DNA of 64,000 bases from Eledone cirrhosa (GCA_964016885.1 OZ024749.1:45756001-45820000); one strand, 5' to 3'; shown: positions 1 to 16,309, counted from the first letter of the stretch. Translations and numbers: made by a program. Notes: a model not told the origin generated them from the sequence alone.

Positions 1-1157
1 TGTGTGTGTAATTGTGGATATGTGTGTGTGTCAGTATTGGTTTGCCCGCGTGTAATTTTCTCTCCTTCGTTTAAGTTCTTCTCAACCTACACACATGTAT
101 TCTTTCTTAATTCATTCCTTCGATTCTTGTTTCTTTATCACATTTTTATATTCACACATTTTAAAGTTTCAGAAAAGTGAACTTTATTTCGTAATCATTA
201 TCACTTTGTTTATGAATATATTATAAGTTTGAACTAACTACCTAAAGAATCTGTGTAAATAAAGAAAGCTAGGGGCCTTATCCCTAGCTCTGACGTTATT
301 TGCCATTCCATCACCTATTGGTCAGTAACAATGCATGTAGTTAGTTTTTCTTTTCTCTTGTATGAGATAGTTTACAATACCGCCTGAGTTTTAGTGCCAA
401 ATCTGCCAGCTTTAATATATAATAGGACAATTTTGAGTCTCGAAAGCTCCGTTTGTGTAAATGTGTTTCCTTTCTGATGGAACTTACAAGTAAATGTATA
501 GGAATCGGTGTCGGCTAATTGATGCATTTCCGTTTTTGAGAATAGACAGGAAAAAAACTAGGACGTTTATGCAACGTATTGAAATAGCGTTCCGGTAACT
601 TCGACGAAATGTTGTGAAAATAACAAAAATGTGCGTTAGTATTCGGTTTAATGTAGACCGGACGGAGATTTTATGGTGGCCTTACCATTTGCGTTACAAC
701 CGTATTTAGTTTGATCCATATGTTTTACTTCGTATTAAACCGGATAGGTTTTAATACGGGTTTTATATAAAAGCTGAGTGCAAACACTCAAATATGTGGA
801 GAAAAAGACATGATGTTTGTCAAGAGGAATGATACAGTTAAGAATGCTTTTGTTTAAGTAGCCAAAGAATAGTTAATGAAGAGCCGAAGAGTACAACAGA
901 GACAATACGATGTGAATGATCTTATATTACTTAATGCTTATTGAGAGGAAGCGATCGAGATGGAGGAAAACAAAGAATGTGTAAATGCGTTTAAAACAAA
1001 ACTGACATAATTTTCTGTCCACGGTTGAGTTTGTTATTCCATCCTTCGATCCAGCCATCAATATATATATCGATATATTATGTCTATGCCAACACGCGCG
1101 AGTACACACTGACACATATACATATATATGGATAAAACTATATATATATATATATAT

Positions 1158-1217
<60 letters not shown>

Positions 1218-1426
1218 GCACATGTATCTCGGTGTGTATGTAAATGTTAGTGTTTGTGTCTTTGTGTATGTGTGAATAGCCCCATAGTCTGTCAGATAAA
1301 TGAATAATTATAAATATTGCGCAACTACAGACACATTCATGGATGCACACACACTCACGCATACTCACTCACACATACACACACATACGAACATACACAC
1401 ACATATATATATATATGAGAGACAGA

Positions 1427-1445
1427 ACGAGAGAGAGAGAGAGAT

Positions 1446-1533
<88 letters not shown>
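1427..1533. repeat. (GA)n microsatellite
   Basis: Direct inspection. Confidence 0.95.
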
Positions 1534-1537
<4 letters not shown>

Positions 1538-2473
1538 TGTTCTATAATAGTTTGTATCAAAATATTTATACAATAATTTGATACTAATATGTATGCATTT
1601 AGAATAACACTGATATTTTATAAAGTCATACAAAATAAACAGTTGGCTCACATGTTTAACATTTTTCATGGATATACCATCTCTGTGGTGTGTCATGTCG
1701 ATTGTAAACTGTTACGTTTGTTGACGCCGAAAAATGTATATATTTTGCATTAGTTGAATGTGTTTTACATTAATTGTACAAAGAGACACAATTTAGAAAT
1801 GTAAATTCGGATTAAGTGATAGCTATTTTCATTTCCATTTTCGAATTTTACTTCATTGGTACTACTGAGATTTTTACGTGAAATTTCATATATACTTTCA
1901 CCTGTAATATAAAGAATTTTCTACTGACCTACATAATTATCTAACCATTTCACCATTCAATTAAAGGCAAATGCGTGCAAGAATATATATTTATCTCTTC
2001 TATGGCTGCGTTGTTAATATATATACGGTGTAACAATATGTTTGCTATGTTGGCATACTTTATATATATTATTTTGCCTAATAATACACATATATATATT
2101 CAAGTTTCGGCTACGTATAGTGCAGGCAAATTTAGATGTTTCTTCTCAGAATAAACCCTGCGTGGAGACAACTATTCTTCGGTAAAAAATATATACTTCT
2201 TAATGTATATATTTACCGCACACGCATACAGACGTACACGCAAACATGGTCCTCGCATATAACAATTATTTTCCAGGCAACCCATTGTATCATTTTTCAA
2301 ATGTTCAATAGTGATTGTATAGGTATTTTTATTACATTCAAAATGGAGCAATATGCTTAATATTTTACGTCCGAGGATTAAATACCCAAAAGTAATATAC
2401 TCTCACGCACATATATATGTATATACGTAAATGCATTGGAGCATATACACATAGATGCATGCAATCGCACACA

Positions 2474-2511
<38 letters not shown>

Positions 2512-3833
2512 TATATATATATATATACTTACATAAACACATTTATATGTATATATGTTTAAACATAAATGCATATATACACAGTTACATACATATAACC
2601 ATCGATCTATTCACATATTTTCTTCAAACATAGTTTTCTTTTGAAATCTAACATAATGATGGACAACTTTCGTTCTATTCAGAACAGCGTTTGATATCTT
2701 TTCATATAGTTTTCTATAGCATATTTAGCGACCTCCTTGTCACATGTCACATATAAAACCTGATACCATTCTAACTTTGTACTCTTTTTCGAAAACAATA
2801 GGAAATTATTCTGCAACTGCTTCTTAAAATGAGAAAAAGAAATTGAATAAAAATTACACAAATCATAAAATAAAATAAATTATGAAAGATAGAAAGAGTT
2901 ACAAAAACGCCCCGAGTACTAATATTAGACAAACATGAAACAATCCTTCTACTACTACTAAAACAAATACCACTACTACTATGTGGCGTCAGTCGACCAA
3001 ATGGCGATTTGTAAACAACAACAACATGCACAACAACTACACCAACAAAAACAAAACATCAATCTACACAACAATCAACACAACAAGTCTTGTGGTCGTC
3101 TTTTGTTCAAATTTGTGTAAACTCATTGACATCTTTTCAACTCCGCCATTGACGTTACTAAATATTTTCTAAGCAAAGCGACTTACATTTTAACAATTTC
3201 GCATTTTCCGAAAAGAAAATGAATCTATGATAATAAAAAAAGAGAAATAATAAAGAAAAATGTGTGAAAATAACACAGTTAATGTAAGAATGTTCGTCCG
3301 CCGTAGTTGTACCTTTTTGTTATTGCAAATTAATCTGCCTCTAGACAGATTGGTCACGGTATTGATACATTCTTAAAAACAAAGGACCACGATACGATAT
3401 TAGCAAACATTAAATATAACTTTGTAATCAGTGAACGAAAGGCAAGGGCGAAAGAATTGTAATAAACGAAACAAGCCTAATTTGTTGTTGTGTTGGTAGT
3501 GTTGGTCGATCTTGATGTGGCTAATGTTTTTGTTTTTATTGTCCTTTTTATTTTACTATGTTCACATATGTGTTCTTGCTTTATTTTTCTTTATTGTTCC
3601 AAACTTTCCCATAGGCTTGATGTTTCCTCGTTAATATTAGTTCATCTTTCATTATAGAATAACTTTCATGTCTTCAATACGAAACTTGAATTTACAAAGA
3701 CTCTTTAATTTGCTCTATAAACGCCAAGATGAATGCCATACATACATCCGTAATTACATATAAACCTACATAATATACATAAATACATACACATCTACAC
3801 AGGCACACACATATATACATACATACATACACG

Positions 3834-3911
<78 letters not shown>

Positions 3912-4372
3912 CATACACATATATATATATGTATATATATGTATGTATGTATATATGGGAATGTGTATATGTCATAGTATGTACACTCCTGTAGTTACAG
4001 ATATATATATAAATTGTAGACACACATAAAGTCACAAACATACATACAAACATACACATACAGAAAGAGAGGGAGAGAAGAAAGTTCAATATGTGATATC
4101 ACAATTAGAAAACAACTTTTCATTAATTTCACTGGCATCAGTTTCTGTATATCTAGAGAATGGGCTCCCAATCCTCACACAATATCAGAAACTCGAACCA
4201 CATATTGAAAAAGTAATAAATGCATAAATATATATATCAAAAACAACCTAATATTTTATACGCAAAACAAAACAAAAATAATATACAAAATAGAAAAAAA
4301 ACATATAGTCCCACCAACACACACACACATGTAGAGATATGCACACACAGACACTGATGTATATATATACAT

Positions 4373-4937
<565 letters not shown>

Positions 4938-4975
4938 CATAAGTATTAACAAAATAGATGTTCTTTTGATCAAAT

Positions 4976-5032
4976 ACATTTTATTATACATATTTCGGAT
5001 GTACAACAGTACGTCCTCATCAGACAAAATAT
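4976..5032 (-). ncRNA. Minimal type-I hammerhead ribozyme
   Basis: Minus strand reads AUAUUUUGU-CUGAUGA-GGACGUAC(UGUU)GUACAUCC-GAAA-UAUGUA-UA^-AUAAAAUGU: intact core, stem II, short stem III and a 9-bp stem I. Confidence 0.85.
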
Positions 5033-5116
5033 AATGATACATGACATACCCTGAAATGTTAAATGGTTAAGATTTAATCTACATTGTTAAATCTTAACCA
5101 TTTAACACCTCAGGGT

Positions 5117-5168
5117 AATTTGTCTGATGAGGACGTACTGTTGTACATCCGAAATATGTATAATAAAA
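5117..5168 (+). ncRNA. Minimal type-I hammerhead ribozyme (mirror copy, stem I shortened by deletion)
   Basis: CTGATGA 5124-5130, stem II 5131-5150, GAAA 5151-5154, TATGTA-TA; predicted cleavage after 5162. Confidence 0.75.
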
Positions 5169-5341
5169 TGTAATTGATCAAAAGAACATCTATTTTATTA
5201 ATACTTATATTTTTATATTAATAACTCCTGCAAATTATTTTTCGCGTTGAGTGCTTCCGATCTACTGTAAAACTCATGCTTTGACATAATCATCGATTGT
5301 TGTTTAACAACTTAATATATATATATATATATATACATATA

Positions 5342-5404
<63 letters not shown>

Positions 5405-5422
5405 TGTATATATATATATATA

Positions 5423-5522
<100 letters not shown>

Positions 5523-6098
5523 CTATATATATATTTGTATATATATATATACATTCTGTTTTGCGGTTCGTTTCGCTTTCTCTAGCCGCCGAAATGCGAT
5601 TCTAGCGGAATTTATATATATATATATCGTTTTATAGTTGTAAATCACTGTGTGAATAAAAAAGCTCGTTTCTGTTTGTTCTTTAACAAGGCAATTGATA
5701 CAATTGATACATGTGCTCATGTTCATTAGATTACATGGGAGTTGAGTCTGGTTCAAAAAACTGCAAAATTATAAGATTTCGCTTAAATTTCTAACTAATT
5801 AATTTCATTGGTTGAAAGGAATGGCAGGTGGAACGTGATTAATTATGGCGTAGAATATTAAATGAATTCATCGGTTTTAGTCTTCGTTCAGGCATGAACA
5901 AATTTATTTTCGTGTCGCTCTATATTCCTTTCCTTTATTTTTGTGTATTTCTAAACGTATTTATTTGGTATTTGACGGTGGCAATTGTTTTTTGTTTGAG
6001 ATTTGTGTCTTGAGCGGAAGGTTTTCTGAATATTACTTCTAACATCAAAATACCGTTGTGGAATGTTTACTATATTTTTATGCTATATTATGCCATGT

Positions 6099-6152
<54 letters not shown>

Positions 6153-6154
<2 letters not shown>

Positions 6155-6306
6155 TATAATAATAATAATAAATTTGAAGATTAAAATCCAAAGAGGGCTC
6201 GATAAGGATAAATATATATCAAATATATAAGAGCCGTAGAGCAAATATTTATTAAATAACAGATTAAAGTTTACAGATTAAACTTTAATCTGTTATTTAA
6301 TAAGTA
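6153..6306 (-). mobile_element. Short foldback element family K, copy 1
   Basis: Hairpin 6246-6305 plus tail with GAGGGCTCGA (rc TCGAGCCCTC); (TA)n flanks; homologous to 16321-16420. Confidence 0.7.
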
Positions 6307-6337
6307 TATATATATATACATAAATATATATATAAAC

Positions 6338-6397
<60 letters not shown>

Positions 6398-6400
<3 letters not shown>

Positions 6401-6593
6401 TGAAGGAAATGTGGTAAGGAACCAGATGGACTATAACGCACCAAAATACTCAATACTTAGGGTAGTAGAGTGGGTAATAGGAACGAGTAGGACCCTGACG
6501 GCTGCGCTCAATCCGTTTCGACGGCTAATTCTGGACCAGAATAAGCCGTCGAAACGGCTTGAGCTCAGCCATCGGGGTCCTACTCATTCCTAT
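6398..6593 (-). mobile_element. Foldback element family B, copy 2
   Basis: Tail 6398-6476 plus palindrome 6477-6593; (TA)n on both sides. Confidence 0.85.
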
Positions 6594-6904
6594 ATATACA
6601 TATATATATATACACACATATATATATATATATACTATAAAGTATGTCCATAGAATCGTTTGAAAATATATATACACCATATATATATATATATATTCAC
6701 TTTATATATAAGATATATAATATTAGTTGTGCTTTTCAAACATCTCACTCTATTAATCTTTCCATTCACACAGATACATTCAAACGTACTCATTGCTGAA
6801 TATATAACTGCATACACGTTAATAATTATCATACATACACACATACATACTCTCACAGACATACACACACATACACACACACACACACACTCACACACGC
6901 ACCT

Positions 6905-6955
<51 letters not shown>

Positions 6956-7070
6956 CAGTAAGACATGGGAGACGCATTGTATTTATATGTATGTGCATGT
7001 CTGTCTGTGTGCGACTTGAATATTGCCTTTTTCTATCGGATATTACTACGTTGCTAATATCTTCTTTAAA

Positions 7071-7081
7071 GTAGCAGTAGC

Positions 7082-7161
<80 letters not shown>
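7071..7161. repeat. (TAG)n microsatellite
   Basis: Direct inspection. Confidence 0.95.
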
Positions 7162-8717
7162 AAGCTCATGTTTTATCTTATTATGTAGACATAATCCTTG
7201 TGGAGACCTGTCCTATTAACAACACAACCAATACCAAGAAAGCTCCTTGTCACACTCAGTCTCAACAAATATTGTGTTATGGGTAAAGATGTCTATGTGA
7301 TGCTAGCCCACTTGCAAGTTAACTTCTCGAGTAGAATGTTCCATTAGTTGAACAACTTGAGTATTAATCTTCAAAACCCTTGTATGTCCAATCTATTCCA
7401 TCCAATCTTACGTTTCTATTGCATCGTGTGACTGCGAATATACTAACGTTTTCGCTAGTATTATATAGCTAATATCACGTTGTAAATTATCAACCAAATT
7501 CTTACGATTCTTGGTATTTTGATTTATATTCATTCGTTTGCATTTTTTGTTGTGAAACTTTAGTGAGCAGTCACCTCACGATCACATACAGTCCAGCCAT
7601 GTCCTTACAGTTTATTCAGATGTAGCAGGTATACATTATAAAAGGTGTTCTAAACTTTCAAATAGAATGATATAGTTTCAAAGAGATTCATCTCATATTA
7701 TCTAGTGGTTGCTTGACGCGTTAGACACCACAACGTTGGTTCAAGCGAGACTATTTATGTACTCTAACGTAGCAAATCTGCAATTTAGTTTGGATTTACT
7801 GTCTTTTCATTTACGTTTGATTAAGTATATGGGGAAAATCAGAAACATTACTACTTCGTATTTTCTTTCGCCTCCAATTCTGTTTTCATGTCTATGTAAG
7901 ATACAATTATTATTTATATATTCTACTTCATGCCTGCAGGACAAATACCCCGTTTATTTCCGGTGATGTTTTAAATCTGATACTATTTTGTTTCAAGCTA
8001 TATTTCTATTTGTGTCTTTTTATATCATTCTTTGTATCATGTTTGTTTTTTCTAGTCATTTAAATTCTGCTTCTGATTGCAGCATTTTAAGCTGGTATTC
8101 TCAATCTTTGCCAGATGTTAAATGTATAAATGTATGAAGCATTGCCAGATAAGGATGCAATATATAATATACATATATATATATATATATATAATCCATG
8201 TAATATATATAATCCATATATATATATAATCCATGTAAAATATAGTAAAACGAAGTAAATTATAATGGAATATAAAAGAAGGTAATCCAAGTATTGAAAT
8301 CATTTTTATTCCTATTCCTGTGAAACGCTACGGAATACACAGAATATGCCGCTGGGAAATAAACTTTTCGACAATTTTAGCCTCGAGGATTACGAGTTTG
8401 AAGCGAAGAGGGGGAAACAAACTAAGAATTAAAGTAAATAACTGCTTAAATAAATAAACAGAAAAGGTAGAACATTCTAACAACAGTTGCAAAAAGCATA
8501 TTAAAAGTAATAATTAATATACACACATATATATATAACAAAATGATATAATGCTTGTGGCTATGTGGGTGGAACAGACAAAATGGCCGGGTGTGTAAGC
8601 AAATTCAATACGATTTATTTGGTTTCAGTTCAAATCCACTGTAGGTGTTTACTTGCATATTTATGCACGACATATACATACATACATACATACATATATA
8701 CATACATATATACATAC

Positions 8718-8780
<63 letters not shown>

Positions 8781-11194
8781 CATTGTAACTGCAAGCATCA
8801 TTTGCCGATGCAATTTTTCTATGAATATGCACTATACTTTCTGAAAACGCTTCTTCTCTCACGGCTGAGCTTATCTTCAATGGGAAGACATTTCAACATC
8901 ATTATCGAAAGTCGAAACAAAATATTTATTTGTTTTCTAACTTGTTACATCTCTCTTTCTCTTTCTGTCTGTTTTGCTTCTCGCTACCTTTGATTCTTTA
9001 ACTTTCCTCCTCTCTCTCTCTATAGCAGACTTACATTTTCTTGCTGTTTCATTTTACTATCTTCTTTCACTTTTCACAAATCGGATGCGCTACTTACAAA
9101 GTTTTATTTGCTATATTTTGATATATTGTGCATTAAAAACATTATATTTTCATATGTGGATTCAAAAAAGTTTGATTACGATTTCTTTTTGCAATTCCAC
9201 ACTATATGATGTAATAAATAAGTTTTATCGTGTCTAATAGTTCAATGTGATTTAGATAAATATGTACTATTGTTAGGAATGAGCGCGAGTTTACAAATAC
9301 AAGAATGCACTATATATAATCTAGTTCACATAATCACTGTCGATATACATACATTAACAGAGAGGGAGAGAGAAAGAGAAGAAATGCACGAGGTGCTTTA
9401 TTATATAAGTGGTGTTTTATTTCAAAGTTACATAAAGTTAGTTTCAAAACGTCTGTTTGGTGTAAAGTTCTTCGCTGCATACCGATGAAAAAAAAATGAA
9501 ATCCTGAGGCAAACGATATGAAAATTGACTTTATTTTTTTCCTGATAACAATGAAAGGAAGCAAATGCCTGTAGTTTGGAGCCATGTCGTAGGTGATGTA
9601 ACGTGGTGCTAACATCTCTAATAGTTTATTGTATTCATTTACTTATTCGTCTAACAGTCGATAATGAAGATGATGATCATAATGATGATGAGGGTGTTAA
9701 TGATGATGATGATGACGATGACGATGATAATGATAGTGATTGTTTTAGTTTGGTGCTGGTGGATTGGCAGATCGGGTGAGGAAGATTTTGCCGTTGGTGA
9801 TGTGGATGATAGTGATGATGATGATGATGACGTTGATGATTGTTTTCAGTTTTAAAGCGATAATTTTTGCAGTATAACAATGAAGTAGTTGATGATCATG
9901 ATGATGACAAAACCCACCATGTTTCCACCAGATACTATTCTCTTAGTTCAGAAACTATGCGAATACAATATAATATTTTGCGATTATTAATGCTGCAGAC
10001 ATAACTGACAAAGAAAATTGCAAAATACGAACAAATTCGTTCGTATATTAATTGATAGTGATGTGTAAAAGAGAAGGAAGCATCTACCTACAATCTCAAT
10101 CGGATTATGGTTCTTAGTTAACAAAAATTACTCACACATGACTTTATTCATTAAGAGATTCAGAGAACTTATTGTGTGTAAACTATGACATAGTTGTAAA
10201 CAATGCAAATTGTGTTGAAACAAATAGAATCACTATAAGTGTGGGTGGCGGATTACATTCGTCAGTTTGGTCATCATTTCATACAGTTAATATGTGATTG
10301 TAGATTGTTTATAATTACTGGACAATGGTGCATCGAAATATTTCATTTTTGTGCTACATGCACAAAATCTGCATCGTATTAGTCTGTTTTCGATTATTTG
10401 CTGGAATGAAGAATTAAAAGATTTTGGCTTTGAAATTATTGTTATTATTATGATACCATAGGAATATTCAACAAAAGTCTTCAAATGACTTTGACTGATT
10501 AATTAAAAATGTTACTTAGCAATTGCGTTATTTTACGCTTATGTCATTATTAATTAAGGACAATTTCTTACGTGCATTTCTTTAAATATTTAGATAGTTT
10601 TTAAATGTTAAGAAGATTGAAAACATTTGACATGAACTCACATAATTGTGTGAGATTGTATTCTCAATTGAATTATCTGGGGTGGATGATACGTTCGTGT
10701 TTGTAAACTATGTTTTAGATTGAAATTCCATCAGGATCAATTTGACATTCAATTTCATATCTAATAGTGTTTTACTGAAATTTATCTAAATTATATAGAC
10801 CCAATCCAAATATTTGGCTTGTGGGGTTATACTAAATAAATAAATTACGTAAATTATTTACATGCAGTTTTGTAAGTATTCTTCTGTAAATTCCGAATAA
10901 AAAATTGTTTGACACCGTCGCGTATAAAATGTTTTAATATTCCTCTATGTTGCTTTGAAATATATTTACTAAATATCAGCAATTTTCTGGATTTTCAAAC
11001 AGAGAAATATAATATAGAATAGTATTCTGAGTGACATGAGGTTCGTGTGTTCAAACATTAGTTTTAAACAACATTAACTATTGAATGAAAGGCATAATTG
11101 ACATCGTGGATAGGTTAGATCTGTTTTACGCTTAAAAAAAACAAACCTGTGACTCAGTATCAATATTGGAAAGGTGTAATCGATATATTTAATA

Positions 11195-11380
11195 ATAATT
11201 GTTTCTACATTCGGCACAAGGCCAGCAATTCACCAGTACATTACTGGTACTTAATTTATCGACCTCGTAAGGATGAAAGGCAAAGTTAACCTTGGCGGGA
11301 TTTGAACTCAGATCGTAAAGGGACGTAACTATGCTGTAAAGCATGTCCGACCCTCTACCAATTCTGCCAATCCACCGCCC
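11195..11380 (-). mobile_element. tRNA-derived SINE, full length
   Basis: A-box-like TGGCAGAATTGG, B box GAGTTCAAATCC, core GCCTTTCATCCTTACGAGGTCGATAAA, tail GTAGAAACAATTAT. Confidence 0.9.
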
Positions 11381-12038
11381 TGTATATTTAACATAATAAT
11401 ATGTGGTTAAGAAGATATACAAAATTGTGCATCAAAATAGAAATAAAATGTATATTACATGATATGTTCATATATCCCGCCTCGCCCTTTAGATTTGACT
11501 ATAGAAATGTGAGAGGTGGTAGAACAATTCGGATATCGCTGTAGTTTCTTGTTTTAATGTTTCAGAAGACACTGTTCTTCTTTCTACTAGATTTGTGGAA
11601 ATGACTACTTGATTTGCTTCCCCTCACTATGCTTTACTTATTAAATAGTATTGTCCTTACTTGGTAATATTGAATAGCAGTTTGTACTTATTTATTGATG
11701 TATTTATTTAATTGTTTATTGAATTATGGTTAAGTGGGAAAAGTGACTAGAGATGGAAATAATTGTCTATCTAATGCTATCAAATGACTAACAATGTATT
11801 AAAATGAATTCTATCTCTACCCATCTTATTCTCTATTATGCAGGGAAAACAGAACTATATTATTCTATTTCTTATTTTCTAAAGAAGGGAGTATGAATCG
11901 TCGGAAATATGATTCCTAAAACATAGCTGATTGTTTTTATATTCCATCGACATACAGCAATATAGTTAGCAAGATTAATGCCAGATATGAACTCAGAACC
12001 CATTGATACCCTAACAGAGTTCACTGGCTTTCTGTTTA

Positions 12039-12322
12039 CTTCTTCTTTTTCTTTTTCTTTATCTTTTTCTTTTTCTTTTTCTTTTTTTCTTCTTTTTTTT
12101 CTTTTCTATTTTTCTATTTTTTTTCTTTTCTTTTTTTATTTTTTTATTTCTACTCTTTTCTCATTTCTCTTTTCTTTTTCTTTTTCTTTTTCTTTTTCTT
12201 TTTCTTTTCCTTTTTTTCTTTTTCTTTTTCTTTTTCTTTTTCTTTTTCTTTTTCTTTTTTCTTTTTTTTCTTCTTCTTCTTCTTCTTCTTCTTCTTCTTC
12301 TTCTTCTTCTTCTTCTTCTTCT
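12039..12322. repeat. Polypyrimidine (CTTTTT)n/(CTT)n tract
   Basis: Direct inspection. Confidence 0.95.
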
Positions 12323-13235
12323 TTATACACACACATACGCACACACCCACATACACACATGCGCACACGGATAAACTAGCACACACTGAAAAAATACGCA
12401 CACAAAATACACACGGTTAGTACCTCAACTTGGACCACCACAAAACATCTTCCATCAACTTAATATTATTCTCAATGCTAGCTATATTGATATTTCACTC
12501 CAAATTGTGAAAGCGATGAAGCACAGGAGCAGTAACAGTAACAGTTGGAGTGATCCAGCCGGAATAATCTAATTGCTCAGGAAAGCTATAATTTATCGCC
12601 ATAAAGTGTACAAGTGTAAAGGGTAAAAGTATAAATAATAACAAGATGACAATTTCAGTATTATAATTTTTACGAATATAATAAAAGGGGAGAAGAATAA
12701 TGAAAAATAAATAAATTGCTAGATAAATAGAAACAAATAACGGGAAATGCGTGGGGTAGAATATATATATGTAAATATTAACGAATAAATTGTTTAGCCA
12801 TAATATTCTCCTTTTCTGTCGAATTTCTCAATCGAAGCGTTTGTAAATATGAACGAACGCCAGGGCTTTCAATTTTCAATTGTATACAAATACCCAACAA
12901 CATCAGCCAGTAAAAGAATCAGGGGAAATATACAGAGCACTATATAAAACAAAAAAACAAAAAAAAACATAAAAAATAGATAAAAATAAAAACATCAGAA
13001 AATAGCTCGGGGCATTCTTTCTTCATATAAGGCAGCATAATTTGGAAGAAAATAACTACGACACGGTTATCTCAATTGAATGGGGATATCTTGTAAATTG
13101 GAGGACCGAAATGATAGCGAAAACTTTGCCTTCCAGCAAGGTGACTTTACGTTGAGAGGGTAAAATGCGAGAAAGAGAATAGAGAATATGTAATTTTCTG
13201 TGTGTCGGAGGGAAATAATGTATAAAGAGATATAT

Positions 13236-13336
<101 letters not shown>

Positions 13337-13492
13337 ACGAGAGAGAGAGGGTGGGGTGGATATAGAATAAGGGAGAGAGAAAGATATAGCGATAGAGAGG
13401 CAAGCAGTGAAAGTCAGAGTGATAGGGTAGTGGGAAACCGAAATAGTGAGACTGTATGTGACTGAATGGAGTACTTAAATTAGAGAAATACA

Positions 13493-13507
13493 CTACTACT
13501 ACTTCAC

Positions 13508-13563
<56 letters not shown>

Positions 13564-13759
13564 GCTACTACTACTACTACTACTACTACTACTAATAATA
13601 ATAATAATAATAATGATAATAATAATACTAATACTACTACTACTGTGGATGATGATGATACTGCTGCTACTACTACTACTACTACTACTACTACTAGAAG
13701 AAGAAGAAGAAGAAGAAGAAGAAGAAGAAGAAGAAGAAGAAGAAGAAGAAGAAGAAGAA
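13493..13759. repeat. Compound (CTA)n/(ATA)n/(AGA)n microsatellite
   Basis: Direct inspection. Confidence 0.95.
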
Positions 13760-13948
13760 ATGGCGCTAAGTATAAAGATCGTGATGTTGGTTAATATGCT
13801 ACTTGACAGGATCATAAAGTGTTTGTAATATTCACTTGTGACGTCAGTGGTCACTCTGGTGATATTGTGTTCGTGTGTGTATAGCATGAGAGAACTGTGT
13901 TTATAGAATATACAAACATATAGACATAGTGTATACAAACATATTAAT

Positions 13949-13988
<40 letters not shown>

Positions 13989-13991
<3 letters not shown>

Positions 13992-14177
13992 GGAAAATGT
14001 TTAACCCCGACCGCAGAGCTGAAGCCGTTGCAACGGCTATAGTCCAGAAATAGCCCTCGAAACGGCTTGAGCTCTGCCGTCGGGGTTAAACATTTTCCTA
14101 TTACCGACTCTACTACTCTAAGTATTGAGTACTCTGGTACGTTATGGACCATCTGGTTCCTTACCACACTTCCTTCG

Positions 14178-14180
<3 letters not shown>
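13989..14180 (+). mobile_element. Foldback element family B, copy 3
   Basis: Palindrome 13989-14101 plus tail 14102-14180; (TA)n on both sides. Confidence 0.85.
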
Positions 14181-14252
<72 letters not shown>

Positions 14253-15313
14253 AAGACAGAAACGAAGCGAGAAACAGAGAAACAGGGGTGAGAGTGAGAT
14301 CATTCACATTTTGTTTCTTATCTATGATATGTTTTGTTCTTGAAATGATTAATCTTTCTTAAACACTTTAATCCAGGGACAACACCAGAATCATCTCTGT
14401 AAACATATCGTGGACTTTAAGTTTCAAATCTTACAATAGCTGCCATCTATGAGAGATAACAAGAAAATTTGATAACATAAAAATGAATAATAATAAAAAA
14501 AATTAATTTGAATTGTAAATATAAATCGAAGCAGTGTATTGATAAAACTGGCTCGATCTATGTCAAATAACAGAGACTGTATCACTTACAAGTAATGTGG
14601 TAGTAAATCATAGAGAATTTCTTGTTAGAGAAAAGACAGAGAAATAAGAATATAGTATGCATGTGAATAGAATTAAAAGAAGAAGATGCTGGAGCTGGTG
14701 TAGAAATACGCTAGTTTCACCATTCGGACCTCGCTGGAATATATACATATATATAAATATCACAACTTCATTATTTGAAATTCGATTTGGTGCAAATCCT
14801 TAACTATGGATATGGAACTTGATTATGACAGAAAGAATACGATTGCGAAATCATGCGGCCGTAATAGGGTCCCTCCGCAGGGTCTATGGAATAAAGTTAC
14901 TCAATGGATTGTATAGATCGCAGATCAAGTATTGAGTTTAGGTAGAGCCGCTACTTCTCTGAATTTAGAGATCTCAGCTTCGATATTACTAATATGTGAT
15001 CAAAATCTCTAAAGTAACTCAGATGTAGACCCGAACAAGTTTGTTGGAGTATATATATATATCAGCTCGGTTGGTCTCGCTTGGCAATCCAGCATGAACC
15101 AATTGGGAAAAGCTGCTTCTGAGAGAAGATGCTAGGAAGTGATGCTATGGCATAATGAACACACACACACATACACCCACACACACACACATACATACAT
15201 ATATATATATACAGGGATTGTAAAGTGAAGTTACTGTAGGTTCACTCAAGTGTGGACTCGATGTTTAGATTCACGTCAGTGGCGAGCTGTAGAACTAAGC
15301 AGCGTGTAATATA

Positions 15314-15501
15314 CTTGTTTCTACTAATGGCACATGGCCAGCAATTACCCAGTACATTACTGGTTCTTTATTTTATCAACCCCGTAAGAATGAAAGGCAA
15401 AGTTAACCTCAGCGGGATTTGAACTCAGAATGGCAAGGGCCGTAACTCTATGCGTCAAAGCATGGCGTCCCTCCCTCTACCGATACTGCCAATTCACCGC
15501 T
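15314..15501 (-). mobile_element. tRNA-derived SINE with 13-bp TSD
   Basis: Same family; TSD AGCGTGTAATATA at 15301-15313 and 15503-15515. Confidence 0.9.
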
Positions 15502-15871
15502 AAGCGTGTAATATAATAATAAAATTATATATATATATATACATATGTATATATATATATATATATGCGTGTGTGTATATGTGTGTGTGTATGTGTGTGT
15601 GTGTATGCGCAGCTGTCTGACTGCACGTATGTGGTGGATTTAAATGAGAAAAAAGAGAAAAGTAAGAAAGTAGACAGGAAGTAAAATAGGTAACGAAAGA
15701 TGAAAAAATACGAAGAGTTTTAAAAAGATTAGAACATATAAAACGAGATTTAGTGTGACAGAGGATATATGGATATTTAAATTGATATGTCGATAAATAG
15801 AACGATTTATATTAAGAGGATAAAACGATTGTAATATATATGTTTGCACACACACACACACATGTATATAT

Positions 15872-15924
<53 letters not shown>

Positions 15925-15998
15925 TTAAGATAAGCAGAACAAGCAAAATTCAGTACCCACGGGCATATTAACTTCTTCTATATATATATATATATATA

Positions 15999-16103
15999 TT
16001 GTTATAGTTGGGGAGGGTCATATTTGTGTAATATTGCCAGAATTAATAACAGAACACACTCACTGTTTCGACACACGATTTCATATAAAAAACCTCGCTA
16101 AAC
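15999..16103 (-). mobile_element. Family E tail in (TA)n
   Basis: Reverse complement of the 52329-52462 module (GGGGAGGGTCATATTTGTGTAATATTGCCAGAATTAATAACAGAAC shared). Confidence 0.7.
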
Positions 16104-16233
16104 TATATATATATATATATATAAATATACACACTCACACACACAAACACACACACACGCAGACATACACACGCACACACACACACACCTATCTATCTAT
16201 CTATCTATCTATCTATTTATATATCTATCTATC

Positions 16234-16309
<76 letters not shown>

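Larger units (their letters stand above)
4932..5315 (+). mobile_element. (TA)n-embedded foldback element, family A (inverted Penelope-like pLTR remnant with hammerhead ribozyme)
   Basis: Arms 4933-5077 and 5087-5215 are inverted copies (9-nt loop, a few mismatches, ~17-nt indel). Unique tail 5216-5315 contains TTGAGTGCTT (5247-5256). (TA)n on both sides. Confidence 0.85.
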
